From Amphiscolops sp. MND2022 (Eukaryota), in the NCBI GenBank assembly GCA_964187785.1, contig OZ076409.1:68698001-68762000 (forward strand): DNA of 64,000 nucleotides, written 5' to 3'. Under the pieces are notes generated by a model that saw only the letters and a program-made list of their open reading frames with translations, was not told the DNA's origin and searched no databases. Shown one piece after another: positions 54,801 to 60,800 of this stretch. Within the stretch, counting starts at the first letter, position 1. Every line of letters begins with the position of its first letter. Position numbers and translations under genes: made by a program.

Positions 54801-57800
54801 TTTAATCTTTCAGCTTTCAAAAAAGATTTTGATTCTTGCAATTTTTTAATTTTTCTAAATCATCTCGATTATGAATTGAATACATAATTTATTATTCATA
54901 AAAAATAATATTTAACTTACAGCAAGGCTGTAAATCAATGAATTTTACCCAAGTACAGGCCTTTTCCTTGATGAACAAATTTTATAATATCAGGAGCAGT
55001 TGCTGCTATCATTCGAGGATTTTTACTTGCTGCTGCAGTTCCAATATTTGCTGCTAGCTCTAATGCTCTTCCAGGATTATTGAGTATTTTCTTTCCAACA
55101 TTCTTGGCTGCCGAGCCCAAATGTTTAAAAAAATTACCCAATCCTTCTGCTTGTATTGTTTGATCTGATACAATAAGTGATTTATTTCTTTTACAAGAGG
55201 AACAAATACCTCTTAATAATTTAACAGCTGCTCCTGTTTTTTTATTTTGAGTAATATCTCCACGAATATTTATGGTAGCGGAATAATGTTTTCCACCAAC
55301 ACAATATGAATTATTTTTAAATTTACTAAAGCTCATTTCTTAGAAAAAAAATTTTCATTTTTTCTTCAGCACAAACTTTCAGTTTGCAAACTTTTAGTTT
55401 GTAAACCTTTGGTTTGTATATATATTAAATCTTGATGATTTGAATTGTAAATGCTAATGTCTCCCCGTTGAAATCAACTGGATTATGGTTGGAATCTTCT
55501 AAGAAAAATTGAATACTATCTAACCTTGTTTTGTTTATTTTTTTATACAAAATAATATTGGGTTCTTTTATAATTTTATATCCGGGAGGAGCACTAAGAT
55601 TAAATGAAAATAAAATTTGTTCTCTAATCCCATTAACAATTGAACCATCTACACAATCACATTTCAGATGAACTTTGTCTGTGGTTGTTATCATAACTGG
55701 TTTTTCTGATATATGAGTTCCTTGTATATAGTGTGTATTTGTGAATCCTAGAAGTTCATTTAATTTTGAATTAAAATAAATGGGATTAGAAGTTGTTAAG
55801 ACTGATTTCATTGATATTGTATCTGCTTCAATGTTGAATTCAAATTCAAAATCACTATCAGAAAGTTTTTGTTTCATAATTCTATTTATATCAATTAATT
55901 CGTATACTTCTGGTGGTAATTCAATTTCAACGAAGTCATTTTCAATTCCAAATTCAGGAATAATAATTGTTTTATCTTTAATATTTTGATTAATTTGATT
56001 AATTGTTTTCTTTAGTTGATCAAAGTCTTTTTCGATAAGTTTCTTATTTTTAGAATAACTATCAACCATAAAGGTATTAATTTTTTTTACATCAGAGATT
56101 TTATATAAATACTCAACATTCATTACTAATTGAGTGTCAACGTTTAATGATTTGAGTTGTTCGTCTTTTAGAAGGATTTTAAGTTTATTATTTTTTTCAG
56201 TAATGTTATATATGGTGTTGTATACTTCTAAACTTGTTACTCCCATCATCCATTGTTCAGGCAATTCCAAAGGAATATCAAATGAAAAAGATTCTTTTTG
56301 TTTATTCATTTTAAATTCTAAAGTTTCTTGTGGTTTGGATAAGGTATTTTCAACAATATCCAAATTAGATTTTGCAATACTCAATAAAAGAGATTCTTTT
56401 TTATCATAGGTTACAAAATTTGATAGATCCATTTATTAGGAGAAAAATTGTTTAAATCTATTTGCGGATATCTTATTTATAAATTCTTGGTTTTGTTTTG
56501 ATAATTTCTTTTTTGGATTATTTTTTTCTATTACTTTCTCATCAAATTGATTCTCATTGGTATTCATTGGTTTTTGAAATATTTTAAATTGAGCTGAATA
56601 AATATTAATTTTCTTCATTTAAGAATTATAAATTTTGATAGTATAAGTTTAAAACTGCATTTTTGAAGCCTATTATATTTGTGAGATATAACACATACAA
56701 ACAATAAGCTGCACAGTAACTGTCGTCTTTCTGGATTTGATATTCTGAATAGATACCTTTTTTAATGTGATTAAGTATATTTAGTGGTGGTGGACAGCCA
56801 TATGAATCAAAATAAAACTCGTTAACAAACATAACCCAATGTGTTCCTTTAGTTGGATGTAAGTTAACTATACCACTGGTGGTTATAAATTTATCATCTC
56901 TCATATATATTCCACAAGATGTGTTCATGAGTTTTAAGATTTCTTTTATTTCTACATTGGAAGTTGCTTCATTTTTTAATCTATATTTATCAACAAATTC
57001 TTTGAATGATAAATAATTCATTTAATAGTTATTTTTCCATGATTATATCTTGGTCAATGAATTTTCCATTGGAAAAACTTGTTCATCGATTTTTATTTTG
57101 TTAAATTTTTAGTTGCGAAAAAAGGCTAATTTTTAGATGGTTTGATTGGTATTTTGTGAAAAAAGATTAATTTTTTAATGGTTTTACGAACTTAAATTTT
57201 TCTTATATATTAGGAAGGGGAATTCGATTACTACTTTATTAAGTGAAAAGACGTGAAAAGACGATTAAAAGGGAAATGAAAATGGATAAAATCATTTTAA
57301 TAATAGCAAAGATATGAAGCTGTCAAATAAACAATTCACTGTCCCATATATCAATTTGAGTTCCAAATTATTTAGTCGAATTATTTAGGATCAAAAAATA
57401 ATTCCGGAGAAAGTTTCAAACTGAAACTGGTTTCACGCTTACAGGTCGGCCCTCGTCAAAACCTGCCGCTGGTGAAGTAGTGACACGTCACTCCGGTTCG
57501 GCGTAATAAATATGGTGATAAATATTGATCCTAGATAATTTCAGGTACTATTTGATCCTAGATAATTTGGCAAAATTTTCGATCTTACATAATTCGATTC
57601 TGCACAGCAATCCCTTCAATTTAGCCCCAATTATTGCCACAGCATTACAACGTCTTCAACATAAACCGAGTTTGATTTCAAGCTATATTGCAAATATGTG
57701 GGTTAACAAAACAAACGTGCTACCTGGTAGGAGACACAGATCCGTTCGCCTGTCCAGGTTTGCCGCCTTTCTTCAGCCTCATCTTTTCTAGCTCCGTCAA

Positions 57801-60800
57801 TAGATTTCGCTCTGAAACAGATTTTAACTAACCTACTTAGATACTTTTTAGTCGGCGCTTCATGAAGTGAAACGCGACTATACTAGTGACGTTTCTTCAA
57901 TCCACACGAACTGACCAAAATAGTTCTTAAAAGTTCTACGAAACTTTAAGGTGTCAAATTGGACCATTTGGCCCAAGGAACTTAACCAAAAGTGTTGTTC
58001 CGTTTTTCAGCGCAACATACAATACCGGGCAAGACTGTAGGGTCCCCCTTTCAGTTTTCGGCATTGTGAGACTTTTCGAATTTTTTTTCACTAAAGGGTC
58101 CCCTGCAATTTTTTTGATGCTTTGCGACAGAAGTGTTGAAAAATCCAGCGTGCCAATTCGGTCCAACTTTTGGGTTTTTCGGGTACTGTAAGAGAATACT
58201 TGACGCTTTGAAGTTCTTTTGCTTTTGTTGAACCTAGATATGGCGCCGAGTTATGCCGTTCCCGGTTTGTTCTTGTTAACACTTATACCAAACCAGGGAC
58301 TTACCATTTTTGGACAATTCTTCAATTCGCGCTTGTTGTTGAGCTTTTGTCTTTTCAGCTCTAGCTAGCGCTTGCTCGGCCTTTTCAAGGTCGGACAATT
58401 TAACATTTCGATCTCTTTCGGTCTTCTCGAGCCTCTTCTTGAGTTTCTCATTTTCCTAAAACCAAATTGAATACACTATTAAAACGATTAAGCTATAGTT
58501 TAAGAACATAGATCAAAGTTCTGAAATAGATTTTGTCAAACCAACTAGTTATGATCTAGTTCAGGCGGGTCGGCGCTCCGACCAAGTCTCAATTAGAACA
58601 GAATGTTCCAATACCCAAGATGATTACTTGGCTGATTTGAGACAAAAACATATAAATAGTGCCTCAAAATTTAAAGTGGGACCATCCGAGCTAATCTTAA
58701 GTGTTTCATTGCAGGGATTTTGGAGCCCTGTCTTCGACAATAGTATTGATCAAAAAACACGATTACCGAGAAATTCCGGAGATACAATAGGCTCAAATGT
58801 TCAGCACACTTACTGTTTGAGTAGCACTGCGATGCTTCTCCGTGATGCGAAGTTCAGTCTGACTTCTAAAGGCCTGGTCCTTGGCATCATGCACTTCTCT
58901 GTCGGCTATGTTCAAAGCATGTTCTTTTTCCAGACTTATCTTTTCAGCCAAACTGCAAAAATAGATATTTCATTCAGAAATTCCGAAGACAGAAAACCTC
59001 TGTTGAGCACAAAAGAATCTTTACAATCTGGTTCCAAATCGTGAACTGGTTTAAACTCTGCAAAAATGTTCTCGGAACGATTCTGTGAATGAAAAGTTTC
59101 AATTCTTTACATATAGTTTTCTGATGAAAACAGACAGAACCCAAACGATTCAAAAACAAGATGGACAACTTTGCTAACCCTTCGGTAATCTCCAACTCGT
59201 TGAGGATGTCGTTTCTTTCCTTGGTGGCACAGATGGCTTCGTGGGCTGCGTCATGTTTGCGCTCGATTGCAGCATTCAGCCTACTCTCCAAGTCTATTTT
59301 CTCTGTCTCCAGAGCTCTGTTCGCATTCTGCAGATACTCCACCTGAAATCCATGATTCAAGTTTCATGAAAATTAAATCCGCCAAAAGAAATTTGATCGA
59401 AAATCACAAATAGCAATCTCAAAGAGTTGACTCTCCAGAGTCCAATTGTTTAGAATCGAAAATTACAGCTGACAATTTCTGGGCCGATTTCATTTCCGAT
59501 CGAATTTTACAGGGCACTATAGCAATGGTATAATATGAATGAAATTTCCATTTTTTTCGATCCTAGATAAAATCAAGTCACAATTCGATCCTAGATAACT
59601 TTGCACATTTTTCAATCCTACATAATTCGACTTTGCACAGCAATCCCATCTCAAGTTCTGTGCTCGTGTTCTGCAAAAGGTCACAAAGTCAACTCAAAAG
59701 TTTACTTCGATAATGATAGTTTATGCATTTAATAATGTAACTTTTTAATCTGGACTAACAGAGTTGATTTTTTTCTAAAAACATGATCGCCGCATAACAC
59801 GGTAATGTTTCGCTCCGAAAGCTGGACAAAAACGGTGATACAAAAATAAATTGGAAATAAGTTTTCATATATTTTTTTTGGAAATATACACTACATTTCT
59901 TATTCGAATACTTGACCTACAAAAAAGACGAATGACCCTCTGACATTCTCAGGAAATCGAGCGCCACTGGAAAAATACATTTAGCTAAATTAAAATTTAA
60001 CACAAGCTTAAGCCCTCATTATATATTTTCAGCAAGCTTCATTCATCAAAAACAGTATTAAGGATGACGGTATTCTTCGCTTTTCATGTACTCAACTATA
60101 AAGTAAGACCCCGCAAACTTTTACATTTCTTATCGGGCTTGAAATTCTAATTTGTACTGAAAAGCAGCGTTTAAAGGCAGTATTTAGTTCAAGCGAATAA
60201 TTGTTTTGTAATTTACATTGCAATGGGATTAGCGGTGGTATATAAACGAGGGACGTATTTGGGGTCTTATTCTGCCAGCAGCTCATTTTCTGCAGTACTA
60301 CTCGGAGCTACAGCTCATCAATCACCTTTTTCTTTCACTTAGACTTTTCCTCTCATTGGACACATCACTTCAAGCAGTGAGTCATCGTAATCATGGGATC
60401 GAACGGAACCGCGGTCTTGTTTGATGAAGAATGGATGGAGACATTCTACGCGCCCGTAGAAGACGTAGAAAACATCCTTGTCGGCATCGTGCTCATTTTT
60501 CTCATCATTTTCGGGGTGGTGGGAAACACAACGTGTATCTACATTTTCTCGACGTAAGTTCACCTTTGAACTGAATTTAACATCAGATGGAATGTTTTTA
60601 ATTCGGAAAAAAAGTTAAATTTGTTTTTAACTGTATTCGCAAAACATCGTCATGTCTCAAAGCTTCAAAAGTTTCAGAATGTATACAAGGGGTGCATTTG
60701 AAATCTTACCATTAAAACATCAGCAGCGAATGAAAATTAGCGTGAAAGTGAAACCCAGACACTTGCTATAAAACGTTTGGGGGACCAAAAGCTTATACAT

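Larger units (their letters stand above)
42781..57235. mobile_element. Maverick/Polinton (endogenous polintovirus), ~14.5 kb, partly pseudogenised
   Basis: Termini AGTAGTAATCGAATTCCC...GGGAATTCGATTACTACT; TIRs; dense intronless AT-rich ORFs for pPolB, MCP, minor capsid, rve integrase, ATPases and cysteine protease. Confidence 0.95.
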
